DNA of 64,000 bases from Eledone cirrhosa. Its lineage: Eukaryota. A model generated the notes under the pieces. That model did not search any database and was not told the origin of the DNA. It saw only the letters and a program-made list of their open reading frames with translations. The translations under genes were made by a program, and so were the position numbers. Of the stretch, positions 1 to 15,802 are shown in pieces; position 1 is the first letter of the stretch, and each line of letters starts with the position of its first letter. Where the stretch lies: the NCBI GenBank assembly GCA_964016885.1, contig OZ024743.1:178870001-178934000 (forward strand), given 5' to 3'.

Positions 1-23
1 CTGTGCACTCTAATGCTTACACA

Positions 24-125
24 CATACATACATACATACGTACGTATATATATATATATATATATATGGGTGTGAATGTGAGTGTGTCTGCCTACATGA
101 AAACACACACTCACATATACACATA

Positions 126-157
<32 letters not shown>

Positions 158-184
158 CATATATATATATATACACACACACAC

Positions 185-239
<55 letters not shown>

Positions 240-246
240 CATATAA

Positions 247-277
<31 letters not shown>

Positions 278-307
278 TATACATATATATATACATATAT
301 ATATACA

Positions 308-402
<95 letters not shown>
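24..402. repeat. (TA)n/(TACA)n/(CA)n compound microsatellite
   Basis: Dinucleotide and tetranucleotide runs seen directly; the YI-repeat ORFs are artefacts. Confidence 0.97.
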
Positions 403-406
<4 letters not shown>

Positions 407-1747
407 GTGTGTCTGTGTGTCTTGTGTATTAGATTTAAATAGTCAGATTTTTTTTTTAAGATTCTAACAAGCTTATGGAGACTGCGATATTTAGAATATC
501 ACGCAACGTCATAGCATCAACCGGCTGCATAACAATTATTTACGAATTTCTAATGGAATTCCTCATTGACAAAAAGGGTCAAGAGACGTGTGTTAAAAAG
601 GTTACTGACGAAAACCGTAACAATACTTCTGGTTAGAGCAAGACACGAAAAGAGCAGTGAACTATTGAAACTTCCAGCTCACATCTGGCACCCCTATTGA
701 ATATGCTCTTAAATTTATTGATCTCTGATTTCTTAATATTTCGTCTTTTTTTCTTTTCCAGATTCTATTTTCTTGATTTTTTTTTTGGTTCGTTAGTTTA
801 TACTTTTCATTTTTTGGTTTTCATGTCTTTGTATTTTTTTTTTCTTTTCATTATTTTCCATTAGTCAGTACGACCTAGGTAAAGAATGTACATACATAGA
901 CTGGTTTAGTGCTACATATATATATAATATGTGTAATCTCAGTGTGGACATGCCAAATATCATGCGTCGTGACATGCTGGGCCTTAATTGGTATTAGAAT
1001 TCTATTGTTAAGACAGTATTTAGTGTTGTTACTGGCAATGTTCGTTTCGATGCTGTTGTTGTTGCAGATGATGCTGTTGAAGTTGATGCTGGTGTTGGTG
1101 ATGTGGTTGTGATAGTGTCTGTTATAGCAGTGGTAAGGTTGCTGATTGTTGATTTATTCAACCTACAATTCAGCTACAGTATTTCTTGCTACGTTCATAT
1201 CTTACAACGGTATTTCAATGTTATCGATCTGCAAGTATAACCTTTTACTTTGACCTATGCATTAAATAGTTATATGAAGAAAAATTTCTAGTTTACAAAC
1301 ATGATACATTAGCAAACCTGAATATACAACTAGAAAAGTATATGTGTAAACATGTGTGTATGTGTGTGTGTGTGCGTGTGTAAATTGGGAAAAGAATATG
1401 CAGACCTTAAGAGATTGTGTTTAATAATAAAGATGTCTAATACAGGTTCAAGGCCTTCAATTTGTGGGGAAGGGAATCTTGATGGTATATCTGTTATTAA
1501 ATGCTGTATATGTGGTGTGGTAAATTATATCACTAGCAGTAGTTAATGGGTAGATTATTCCATCGACCGCAGATGGATAAAGGGACATTTCAGATTGTGG
1601 TACAGATTTGAAATCAAACCGCAATGGGACAGGGCAAATACTGCTAAATATTTATCCAACAGACAAAGTACTCAGTAAATCCACCGCTGTAATCATAACA
1701 ACAACAATTGTGATAATAAAAATGATAATTATAATGATAATAATAAT

Positions 1748-1932
1748 TGTTTCTACTTTTGGCACAAGGCCAGCAATTACCCAGTGCATTGCTGGTACTT
1801 TATTTTATCGACCCCTTATGCATGAAAGGCAAAGTTAACCTCGACAGGATTTGAACTCAGGATGGCAAGGGGCGTAACTCCATGCATCAAATCATGGCGT
1901 CCGACTCTCTACCGATACTGCCAATCCACCGT
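1748..1932 (-). mobile_element. tRNA-derived SINE with Meta-type central domain
   Basis: Minus strand has box A-like TGGCAGTATCGG, box B GAGTTCAAATCC, then GCCTTTCAT...GGGGTCGATAAAATAAAGTACCAG and a GGCCTTGTGCCAAAAGTAGAAACAAT tail; many copies in the window. Confidence 0.85.
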
Positions 1933-1966
1933 ATTATATATATATATATAAATATATATATATATA

Positions 1967-4098
<2,132 letters not shown>

Positions 4099-4122
4099 AT
4101 ATATATATATATATATATATAT

Positions 4123-5181
4123 ACCAGATAGAAAAATGCGTACAGCAAAAAAACGTAATATTGTTGGAATATAAACCTTTAAAAATACAGGACAAGAAAC
4201 TAAACTAAAACTTTAAAAGAATAGGACAAGAAACTAAGATAAAACTGTAAAAGAATAGGACAAGAAACTAAGATAAAACTTTAAAGAATTGGACAAGAAA
4301 TAAAAAAGTTTACAATAATATTAGTGGCAAAATTTTTATTGGTAAAAAATCGAGTTCCACATTCATAGGCTCTGGGTTCCACATTCAGAGGTCGTCGTCA
4401 GACCGGGGGATCATTTGATCCTGGTTTGAACACCAATTGGGCCATAACCATACCCCTATTTCATCATTCGGCGACACGCCTCATGTGTCATGCATAATGT
4501 GAATGGACCCATGGGCCCATGAGCACAGATCTTGAGCAGCAGCGGACGGTCTTGTCGTCCCGCTCATCCTTGATCTTGACCAACCCGTCTATCTTCTTCT
4601 TGCATCTTGTCCTTGAGTTCAAGTCCGGCAGTCCAGATGAATGCGTGCCACAGCTTTCTGGTACAGGAAGGGGGAGCAGGAGGACTGGAGGGATGACGGG
4701 ACAGAGGGAGAGAGGACCGGTGGTTGAGGGAGGTGCCGTAGTCGGTGGTCAGAGTCGACATCTTGTCCCAGTCGTCTTCTCCATCTTAATCTGATGTTGC
4801 GGGACCAGAAGTGCATTCTTGGAGGAGACCTGCAGCTGCATCGGCCAATTCTTCTTGCAATTGTCATTCTGACGGAGCAGAACTGCTCAGCCAACCAACC
4901 CCAACCAGAACCAACCGCTCAGGGGCAACGCACAATTAGAGCATGACAATTATTATGCACTAATCAAGAAGATACTGGGGCATAGCACAGGAAACGAATA
5001 AAAAAATTTTGCCACTAATATTATTGTAAAGTTTTTTATTTCTTGTCCAATTCTTTAAAGTTTTATCTTAGTTTCTTGTCCTATTCTTTTAAAGTTTTAT
5101 TTTAGTTTCTTGTCCTGTATTTTTAAAGGTTTATATTCCAACAATATTACTTTTTTTGCTGTACGCATTTTTCTATCTGGT
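4123..5181. mobile_element. Fold-back element: ~200-bp inverted arms with 34-bp subrepeats around a GC-rich core
   Basis: 4123-4340 is the reverse complement of 4997-5181; GGACAAGAAACTAAGATAAAACTTTAAAAGAATA subrepeat occurs 4 times left and 3 times right. Confidence 0.75.
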
Positions 5182-5595
5182 CTACTATTTTTTAAGGCAA
5201 TGCAAGCAACAACTATCTAATAATTAAATGATCATAGTGAATTACTGACAAGTGATTAACATTTTAAAGTTCTTTTGAGTATAATTGCAATCTAGTTGAG
5301 GCAACTGGCTTAATGACAAAGGCACGACATTTCTGGATTACCTCCCCTAGCGTCACCCTTACTACTCACTCACTTGAACACAAGATTTATCAGCAAACTT
5401 TGATTATAAACTTTTTCCCGCTGGACCAAATTTCTAGATTTTTAAGCCAAAAGATGCCTAATGATCTACTGTTCATGCTCATATAAGTTTTATCTCAGTT
5501 AAGTAAAGTAGAGCCGCGCTGTACTGTCGTAAACAGACGATTGCCAACGAAAACACGACCACAACAATATTACTAAACGGACTACCGTCCGTTTA

Positions 5596-5661
<66 letters not shown>

Positions 5662-5675
5662 CGGTGGATTGGCAG

Positions 5676-5714
<39 letters not shown>

Positions 5715-5807
5715 AGGCAGTCTTTTCAGCTTAGAACTCTCCTCGCAATAATTATATATGTTTATTATACATAGATATACCGTATGTGCCTTTACATACA
5801 CATACAC

Positions 5808-5843
<36 letters not shown>

Positions 5844-6394
5844 TACACACACACACTCTCTCTATCTATATATATGTATGTATATATATATATATGTATT
5901 GAACATTATTTTTATACATCACTACTTATCAAACACCTGTAGTTCACTGATCGTTACTATAACTGGTGATGTTATATACAGCCTATAAATTATTTATCAG
6001 TTGTATATAGCATCGGTTATGTATTAACATAGCAATTATAACTGCTAAGTTGTTTCTTCTTTATGTCATCAATATATTTGTATAATTTATTATTATAATA
6101 ACAATATGTAGTTTCTAATCTTAGTGATACAACAGACTCAAAATAGCCATCTCTATACAGAGCAAATAGCAGTTTATAAATTACCTCAGATCTGTGACTA
6201 AGCCATCATTTACTGTCACATTTGCATTACAATTGAGGTGGTGACAGCATCGTTAATTAATTAATTAATAATTCAACAGACTGCGTTTTATACCATTTAA
6301 AGTGTATTGTATGGTATACCTTAGTTTCATAAACATAATCACTTCGATCCAATCCTACTCAGTGTTGTATTATTGATTCATTACTTGTACATGC

Positions 6395-6655
6395 TGTGAA
6401 GCCATTAAGTCGTGAGTTTCTTTCCGAGCGGTGCGTTATGTCCTCGAGCAAGACACTTTATTTCACGTTACGCCAGTCCACTCATCTGGCACAAATGAGT
6501 TGTACCTGTAATTCGAAGGGCCGGCCTTGTCACGTTAAGGGTACCCGTGTCTGTGGAATGCTCACCCACTTGCACCTTAATTTCTCGAACAGGCTGTTTG
6601 TTGATCGGATCAATTGAAACAATCGTCGTCGTAACCAACGGAGTGCCTTTCCTTT
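6395..6655 (+). mobile_element. Degenerate tRNA-derived SINE (CORE-like subfamily)
   Basis: TGTCCTCGAGCAAGACACTTTATTTCACGTT shared with the 3877 SINE, different 3' body. Confidence 0.65.
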
Positions 6656-7025
6656 CCTATTTATACATGCTGATAGCAGATACTGGTAGCCATCAATGCT
6701 CCAGTATTACTGAGTAGGGATGTGATCCGAGAGCAAAAACGCCGGAATCCTCTATGGCTAAAGGTTCGACCACAAATCTATTGGAGAAGAACCTATATTT
6801 CGATAGATTGCCGTCTTCAAATTGACGAGAAGCCTGCGTGGTATACTTTATACCATACTTTATACTTATACTTTACACCACTGAGTAATCTTCCATAGTA
6901 ATATTAATTATTTATTAATTTTAAATTTAATGATTTCTCACTGAAAGTGTTGTGGCCGAAATTTGAATCCTGAAATGTTCCAATTCTTTATCATGCTTTT
7001 ATATGGTTTTGCTTTTATATGATAG

Positions 7026-7079
<54 letters not shown>

Positions 7080-7080
<1 letters not shown>

Positions 7081-7269
7081 AACGAAGGAAATGTGGTAAG
7101 GAACCAGGTGGACCATCACGCACCAAAGTACTCAATACTTAGGGTAGTAGAGTGGGTAATACGAACGAGTAGGACCTCGACGGCTGAGCTCAAACCGTTT
7201 CGATGGCTAATTCTGGACTGAATTAGCCGTTGATACGGCTTGAGCTCAGCCGTCGGGGTCCTACTCGTT

Positions 7270-7327
<58 letters not shown>

Positions 7328-7497
7328 AACCAGTAAGACCCCGACGGCTGAGCTCAAGCCGTTTCGACGGCTAATTCTGGATTAAGTTCATTTAGTCCAG
7401 AATTAGCCGTCGAAACTGGTTCCTATTACCCACTCTACTACCACAAGTATTGAGTACTTTGGTGCGGTCCACCTGGTTCCTTACCACATTTCCTTCG

Positions 7498-7499
<2 letters not shown>
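7080..7499. mobile_element. Two fold-back fragments of the GACCCCGACGGCTGAGCTCAAGCCG family
   Basis: Internal inverted repeats; same family as 11040-11152 and 53751-54783; they keep only the 3' half of the hammerhead (GAAA-stem III-GUC-GGGG). Confidence 0.75.
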
Positions 7500-7969
<470 letters not shown>

Positions 7970-8174
7970 TTAAGGATACTATTTATGGTTATGTATATAA
8001 TAAAACCTTTTATGGTTATATATTTTTTATATATAAACCCCAAATAGTGAAAGATAGTCATTCATTACTATATTATTACCAGTAAGATAAATAGCTCAAT
8101 GTAATAACATCAGTTGTTTTACAGAGCAGTTATATAGAGATTACAATAATTAAAGTTCAGTTTAAATCATTTAT

Positions 8175-8223
8175 TTGCTTACAATTGTTTCCTCCAAACC
8201 GAGGTTTGGATTCTTCGGAGCAA
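8175..8223 (-). ncRNA. Minimal type I hammerhead-like motif (CCGAAGA core)
   Basis: TTGCT-CCGAAGA-aTCCAAACC tc GGTTTGGAg-GAAA-C aatt G-TA-AGCAA followed by ATAAA. Confidence 0.65.
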
Positions 8224-9338
8224 CTATTTAGTGATCTATAACATACTTGATCTCCTCTTCAACACACTAGACATATAAAAACATATGCATATATTGACCC
8301 ACAGTGGGATGACATCCATCATAATGATATAGCATGGCAATTTACATATAAAGGTTAAAGGATAAAAATAAAAATAAAAATAAAAATAAAACATTGGCAG
8401 TTTATGAAGATAAAGCAAGAGGAAAGTTTAGAGTAGTCAGTGTATGAAACAATCTCACGTGTAGCATGCACGCGTGTCTTATTTATACAGGATTAGAGTG
8501 CGGCAGATTGTTACTTGTAGGATCAGGCAGTTAAAGCAGGCAATCAATAGTATTAAGTGCGCTGTATTGTTAAATCATTTTTTCGCATACACCTGTATGA
8601 TATACAATCCCGAATGTAGAGAAACACCAAAATATCAAAAATATCAAACATATTATAAAACATATTATAACCATATCTTGTCGATTCTTAATTAATAGAT
8701 CATGTTGTTTAGTTTTGTGATCTCACAAAACTAAACAACATGATCTATTAATTAAGAATCGACAAGATATGGTTTATAACTTTGTTCTATGCTGAATCAT
8801 CGTGGATTGTGTGATAGACCTGTAGTCTATATATTGCGTTTCATGGATCATGTGAGTGGTGGTGTGTGCGAAGACAGTGGTGCTGTTTTGCCTATGTTAT
8901 AATATGTTTTATAATATGTTTGATATTTTTGATATTTTGGTGTTTCTCTACATTCCGGATTGTATATCATACAGGTGTATGCGAAAAAATGATTTAACAA
9001 TACAGCCCACTTAATACTATTGAGTGCCTGCTTTAACTGCCTGATTCTACAAGTAACAATCTGCCGCACTCTAATCCTGTATAAATAAGACACGCGTGCA
9101 TGCTACACGTGAGATTGTTTCATACACTGACTACTCTAAACTTTCCTCTTGCTTTATCTTCATAAACTGCCAATGTTTTATTTTTATTTTTATTTTTATC
9201 CTTTAACCTTTATATGTAAATTGCCATGCTGTATCATTATGATGGATGTCATCACACTGTGGGTCAATATAATGCATATGTTTTTATATGTCTCTTGTGT
9301 TGAAAAGGAGGTCAAGTATGTTATAGATCACTAAATAG

Positions 9339-9387
9339 TTGCTCCGAAGAATCCAAACCTCGGTGTGGAGGAAACAATTGTAAGCAA
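9339..9387 (+). ncRNA. Minimal type I hammerhead-like motif (CCGAAGA core)
   Basis: Mirror copy of 8175-8223. Confidence 0.62.
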
Positions 9388-9421
9388 ATAAATGATTTAA
9401 ACTGAACTTTGATTATTGTAA

Positions 9422-9504
<83 letters not shown>

Positions 9505-9575
9505 CTGTGTGTGTGTGTGTGTATGTATGTGTGTGTGTGTGAGTGTGTGTCTTTGTGTCTGTGGGTGTGCGTGTG

Positions 9576-9610
<35 letters not shown>

Positions 9611-10137
9611 CTGTTTGCTCCGACATAGCTGTATACATATATGTATGTATATTTGTATATATATTTTACATAATAAATACAGTCTTGCTCTCGCTATTCT
9701 TCCATGATTAACATTATCCAGTTTCACATCAGTTGGTGATCTGCAAATGGCCTTTTAAAGAAATGTTTTTTTCTGTTTCACAGTGTCATTTGTTAAAATG
9801 ATTCCTGCTTTTAAATATCACCTGAAGATTTCTAGTAGGATGTCTTATGATATGAGTAACAGACATAATTGAAAAATTGTCAATAAACTGAAGTAAAATA
9901 ATATATATGCATGCACAATACACGCATATATATGTATGTGTATATGTATATACGAATATATGTGTGTATATATGTATGTATAGGTATATGTATATACGTA
10001 TATATGTGTGTATATATGTATGTAGTGAGTATGTATGTATATATATATATATATATGTATGTGTGTATATATGTATGTATGTATATATATATATATATGT
10101 ATATATGTGTGTATATATATAAGTATGTATATTTTGA

Positions 10138-10228
<91 letters not shown>

Positions 10229-10238
10229 GAGAGAGAGA

Positions 10239-11039
10239 GAGAATAGAAATGGCTGTGTAGTTGCTATTTAAGGTAACTTAAAATGCAGTAGGAATACGAA
10301 AAAAGCAAGAACCAGAGAGGGTAGTTTTCCTCATCAGTTGTCTACTGGGGGTCTCGGATATTTCTACGCTCTAGAGACAAGATACCTCACCCCAGGACGT
10401 CAATAGCTGGATAGGTTATTGGGAAAACGAAGGAAGGAGGGAAGGAAATCAAAGGGGAAAAAAAGAGAAAACAGTAACAAAAAAGCGAAAAAGTAACAAC
10501 AAAACGAGCAATATGCGAGCAAATATAGGTTGGAAATCCAAGACCACTCAATAAGAGAACTTAAGTTCAAGACTGAGTGGTCGAGAGGAAAGAGACACAC
10601 GTCCGGTCGCCGCAGTTGTAAGTGAGAAGAGAACAGCTAAACGGTCAGGCGAGGAGGTGAAAGTGAGAGTGAGAAAGGGAGAGGAAGAAAGTCGGGTAAG
10701 AGTAGATAGGGAGAAAGTGAGGGGAAGAAACAGGGGTGAAAGTAGAAAGTGGCGAAATAGGTAGGTAGAAGGGTAGAGAAGAATGGTCACAGCGAAAAAC
10801 ATGATGAAATATATGGAGAATAGAAATGACTGTGTAGTTGCTATTTAAGGTAACTTAAAATGCAGTGGGAATACGAAGAAAGAAACAACAAGGGTGGGGT
10901 TGGGGGAGGGCGGAGGTTTCCTCATCAGCTGTCTACTGGGGGTGTTGGATATTTCTACGCTTTAAAGACAATATTCCTCACCCCAGGGCGTCAATAACTG
11001 GATAAGTTATTGGGAAAACGGAAGAAGGAGGGAAGGAAA
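10239..11039. repeat. ~210-bp diverged direct repeat at 577-bp spacing in a purine-rich element
   Basis: GAATAGAAATG.CTGTGTAGTTGCTATTTAAGGTAACTTAAAATGCAGT at 10241 and 10818. Confidence 0.8.
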
Positions 11040-11150
11040 GGAAAATGTTTGATCCCGACGGCAGAGCTCAAGCCGTTTCGACGGCTACTTCTGGACTCCA
11101 GAAATAGCCGTTGAAACGGCTTGAGCTCTACTGTCGGGGTCAAACATTTT

Positions 11151-11152
<2 letters not shown>
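11040..11152. mobile_element. Short fold-back of the GACCCCGACGG hammerhead family
   Basis: GGAAAATGTTTGA...TCAAACATTTTCC inverted repeat centred on TTCTGGACTCCAGAA. Confidence 0.75.
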
Positions 11153-11203
<51 letters not shown>

Positions 11204-11294
11204 AGCGGCCGAGGGTTCACGAACATCCGCTTTGTCCGTTCCCTTGTCGATTCAATTTGGGTTGCCTCGGGAACGTAACCTTATTATCTAAAAA

Positions 11295-11369
11295 GCTGTC
11301 TGATGATGTCACAGCACTGGGTAGACGGAATCGTGTGGCCATTGTCGTCATTGAAATATGTATCACAGC
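11295..11369 (+). ncRNA. Type I hammerhead ribozyme (degenerate stem II)
   Basis: GCTGT-CTGATGA-...GTCATT-GAAA-TATGTA-TC-ACAGC; homologous to 54940-55013. Confidence 0.65.
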
Positions 11370-11594
11370 ATTATCATTAAAGGACTTTAACATCTGACAC
11401 TATTTCGCATTTTCTTATTCTAAAAATACTATATGGAAAGTGTTGTTATTTCTCCTCTTGGGAACTGGAATCATATCAATGATTCCAGTTCCTAAGAGAA
11501 ATAATAACACTACCAGGAGCTGGACATATCGATGGATTGACGGAGTGAAACACACTTCAACAACATGAATACCTGTCTTCCCCACTCAATTCCG

Positions 11595-11646
11595 ACTGCC
11601 TGAAGAGGTCACAGCCAATGGCTGTCACCGAAATATATATAGCAGT
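11595..11646 (+). ncRNA. Minimal type I hammerhead ribozyme
   Basis: ACTGC-CTGAAGA-GGTcACAGCC aat GGCTGTcACC-GAAA-T atat A-TA-GCAGT; canonical core, palindromic loop 3. Confidence 0.85.
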
Positions 11647-11799
11647 ATATCTATAATTTGTAATAAACGAAGCCAAATTTTACATATTTGACTTAATTAT
11701 TTTACATTATTCCGGAGTAAACAAACCAACCTGCGTACTTCGTCGAATGCTCCAATCTGCATACTGAGGTGTCGATAAACAACCAACATATACACAAAA

Positions 11800-11951
<152 letters not shown>

Positions 11952-12516
11952 TATACATATACATTATGAAGGCCACGTTTGTATGTGTACTCACAAGAGG
12001 TTATCAGACACATACGTACATACCTACATCTATATTAATAATCCTAACACATTTTGGCAAAACGGCTGGACCAAAGAGCACCAAATTTGCACCATAGATG
12101 TAACTTTCTCCAAGAAAGAAAGTGAGCGTAATTTTGTCTACTAAATTTCCTTATTATTGTTTAAAGATATTTTTTTATTTATCTAAGGATTCACTTCTTC
12201 AACATTTTCAAATGTCAACACTTCCGGTTAGCGATCGCTTAAATAAGCATTCATATATTTTGCAGTTTATATATAATATCGTCTTTTTTTAAATATATTA
12301 TGGATTAAATTTCTGTGTATATTGTCAATCTCTATCTATATTAATAAAGCGGACTACATTACTGGTACTTTATTATATATAATATATATAATACGACATT
12401 CTTCTCTCATTCTTACTCTGCCTTTTTAGATAGATACAGAGCTATAAGGTCGCGCGTTTATTATATGTCTATATGTCTGTCTGTCTGCAGTCACTTCGCT
12501 TCTAACCAACTTTTAA

Positions 12517-12619
<103 letters not shown>

Positions 12620-12630
12620 TATATTCGTGT

Positions 12631-13058
12631 ACATATTTTCAACAGTAATACTGTACTATATATTTTCAACAGTAGTAATATACTATATATTTTCAACAGT
12701 AATACTGTACTATATATTTTCAACAGTAATACTGTACTATATATTTTCAACAGTAGTACTATACTATATATTTTCAACAGTAATACTGTACTACATATTT
12801 TCAGCAGTAATACTATACTATATATTTTCAACAGTATTACTGTATTATACTATATATTTTCAACAGAAATACTATACTATATATTTTCAACAGTAATACT
12901 GTACTATATATTTTCAACAGTAATACTATACTATATATTTTCAACAGTAATACTGTACTATATATTTTCAATAGGAATACTATACCATATATTTTCAACA
13001 GTAATACTGTACTATATATTTTCAATAGGACTACCATACCATATATTTTCAACAGTAA
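12631..13058. repeat. 27-bp minisatellite, about 16 copies
   Basis: Unit TACTATATATTTTCAACAGTAATACTG; resumes at 14375 after the Helitron. Confidence 0.93.
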
Positions 13059-13382
13059 TCTATATATCTAAAACAGAGAATGTCTGTCAGTCTGACTCCT
13101 TAAAACTCGAGAACCACCCAACCGATTGTTTTCAAACATTACACTTGTAATACTTATGGTCGTGTGAGTGTTTTGAGCAAAAGATATTTCAAATTTTCAA
13201 TGCCCTAGGGACCACATTATGCTATCTACGATATCTCTGACTTTCCTTAATCTGTCTGTTTAGATAGATACATAGCTACGACGTCGCGCCCTTATAATAT
13301 CTGTCTGTATGTCTGGCTGTCTGCATTACGACATTATGACGCTATCTGTGTGTGTGTGTGTGTATATATATGTATATATATA

Positions 13383-13415
<33 letters not shown>

Positions 13416-13528
13416 GTGCAACGTTTTTCGAAATATTTACTTCCGCGTTCACAGATTGATTTTTTTAGTTTCAGAAGATCCCGTTAAGGGAGAAAGCACC
13501 GATTCTTTGCTTAAACTTTAATCTGTTA

Positions 13529-13587
<59 letters not shown>

Positions 13588-14172
13588 CAGTCTCTCTCTC
13601 TGTTAGCCTTCTCCTCAACTTTCACTCACTCATTCTCTGTCACTACCTCTCCTCCTCCTCTTTCCTCCTCCTCCTTCAAGTTTGACCTGTGTGTAATTCT
13701 TTTCTCGCGCGGTCTCGACCGAGCTGGTATGGAATTTTTTTCTCTCTCTCTTTCGTCTGCGACTTCACAAAACTTGCGTTTACCGAATTCGTAGACCAGA
13801 CCCCTTTATCTTCTTCTTCTTCTTCTTCTTCTTCTTCTTCTTCTTCCTCTTCTCTCCTTTCTCTCTCTCTTCCCCCCCCCCCCCCGTCAAACTTGGGCGA
13901 AATTCTTTCCTTGCTCACATTTCAACCAGATTTGATGGTCTTTTGTCTCTTGTTCACGATTTCACAGAGTTTATATTCATAGAGATCTGGGACTTGTCTA
14001 TTTCTACTTACTTTCCGTTGCTTAAACTTTTTTGTTGTTACTCTAGCGTCCCCTTTGTTTACGTGTCCCAACGACTTTTTTTAGCCGTTGTTCGCACCAA
14101 CCTGAGGCATATGGCCCTTAAAGCGATGAAATGCCGAGGACGGTTGGAGGGTCACTGATGAAGGACTCACTT

Positions 14173-14209
<37 letters not shown>

Positions 14210-14374
14210 GTATATATACATATAATTATATATTCGTATACAGATATTTTTGCATACGCAATAACAAAATATAAACAAATGTATTTATTTCACGAGTCTC
14301 GATAAGGATAAATATATATAAAATATATAAGAATCCTAGAGCAAATCCCGAGCAACGCCATGCCATTCTGCTAC
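13059..14374 (+). mobile_element. Non-autonomous Helitron with nested insertions
   Basis: 5' TCTATATAT...GTCTGTC...AACCGATT; 3' CCCGAGCAACGCC..GCCATTCTGCTAC (degenerate hairpin and CTAG); inserted between A and T with no TSD. Confidence 0.72.
13587..14178 (+). mobile_element. PLE-like relic inserted in (TA)n inside the Helitron
   Basis: Pyrimidine-rich body ending GTCACTGATGAAGGACT...TTCATA(TA)n, an end shared with the fold-back at 38520-38620. Confidence 0.5.
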
Positions 14375-14466
14375 TATTATACTATATATTTTCAATAGTA
14401 ACACTATACAACACAGACGGCTTATCGTCTGCTTATCCAAGCGGAGCTAGCTACGTCAGCTATATA

Positions 14467-14530
<64 letters not shown>

Positions 14531-14533
<3 letters not shown>

Positions 14534-15388
14534 TATTTTCCGTTGTGTTGTAATATAAATATTACACACAGTAGATTATCAGCTCACGTAGAGTTTGCTC
14601 GACGGTTCCAGTTGTAGTTCCAAAAGTAATCCGGAGAAAAATAGAAAGATTTGAATGGATACAGTTTAGTTGTAAGGAATTTATTGACACGTGTTTCTAT
14701 AACAGTTACATAACCTAAAACAGCTGCTATCTACAAACTTTTAGTTATGCAGACATTCAATATTTCAATGTTATTATTTACTGTCATTTCATCATAATAA
14801 TATTACTGAGGACCTATTTAGTTTTTATAGAGAATATTAGGAGGGAGGGGTGAAGTTGTTAGAAGAATAGTTGAAGGAGTGGTTTTTCGATAGCAGTGAG
14901 AATTCTTGGTGGCAGTGAGTAATTAGATTCCCATCTGTTGTTTTGACATTTTTTATAGAATATATTATTGGTTATTTTTCTAAATCTATAGAAGGATTAG
15001 AGATAGTAAAGATATGCGTGGCATATCTTTACTATCTCTAATCCTTCTATAGATTTAGAAAAATAACCAATAATATATTCTATAAAAAATGTCAAAACAA
15101 CAGATGGGAATCTAATTACTCACTGCCACCAAGAATTCTCACTGCTATCGAAAAACCACTCCTTCAACTATTCTTCTAACAACTTCACCCCTCCCTCCTA
15201 ATATTCTCTATAAAAACTAAATAGGTCCTCAGTAATATTATTCTGATGAAATGACAGTAAATAATAACATTGAAATATTGAATGTCTGCATAACTAAAAG
15301 TTTGTAGATAGCAGCTGTTTTAGGTTATGTAACTGTTATAGAAACACGTGTCAATAAATTCCTTTCAACTAAACTGTATCCATTCAAA

Positions 15389-15396
<8 letters not shown>
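14531..15396. mobile_element. Asymmetric fold-back element (~375-bp arms plus ~110-bp tail) with hammerhead
   Basis: ~14641-15015 is the reverse complement of ~15020-15396; centre AAAGATATGCGTGGCATATCTTT; flanked by (TA)n. Confidence 0.85.
15238..15357 (+). ncRNA. Type I hammerhead ribozyme with long stem II insertion
   Basis: TTATT-CTGATGA-aATGACAGT...ACTGTTATa-GAAA-C acgt G-TC-AATAA; the left-arm copy has C3>A. Confidence 0.75.
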
Positions 15397-15455
<59 letters not shown>

Positions 15456-15524
15456 AAAAAGAGATGAAATCGAAAATGCAACTGGGGTCTTATTTTTTTT
15501 TAAAATATATATATTTATTTGGTT

Positions 15525-15562
15525 CCTTTACCGGTTTCGCAGTTCATCTGCTTTTCAAAAGG
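15525..15562 (-). ncRNA. Minimal type I hammerhead, U3-A8 variant
   Basis: CCTT-TTGAAAA-GCAG atgaa CTGC-GAAA-CCGG-TA-AAGG. Confidence 0.7.
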
Positions 15563-15636
15563 TGAGATGAGATGGAGGGTCTGTGGTTTTTCTCACACAG
15601 ATGTGAGAAAAACCACAGACCCTCCATCTCAACTCA

Positions 15637-15671
15637 CCTTTTGAAAAGCAGAACTGCGAAACCGGTAAAGG
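15637..15671 (+). ncRNA. Minimal type I hammerhead, U3-A8 variant (loop 2 shortened)
   Basis: CCTT-TTGAAAA-GCAG aa CTGC-GAAA-CCGG-TA-AAGG. Confidence 0.6.
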
Positions 15672-15802
15672 AACCAAATAAATATATATATTTTTTAACA
15701 AAATAAGACTCCAGTTGCATTTTCGATTTCATCTCTTTTTCTTTATACTTTCACTCGTGTAGGACACCTCGGTTATTTTTCATTTTGTAAAAAAAACCTC
15801 AC

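Noticed and set aside
3-467. Long YI/IY/VC-repeat ORFs here and at 3379-3989, 32651-33581 and elsewhere
   Set aside because: They are translations of TA/TG microsatellites, which lack stop codons
10260-10345. CTGATGAGG on the minus strand as a hammerhead (also ~10925, 14155, 38554, 24158)
   Set aside because: No downstream stem II-GAAA-NUH-stem I arrangement
14531-15396. Fold-backs as MITEs or miRNA hairpins
   Set aside because: Asymmetric ends, variable inversion points and embedded hammerheads fit PLE-type insertion better
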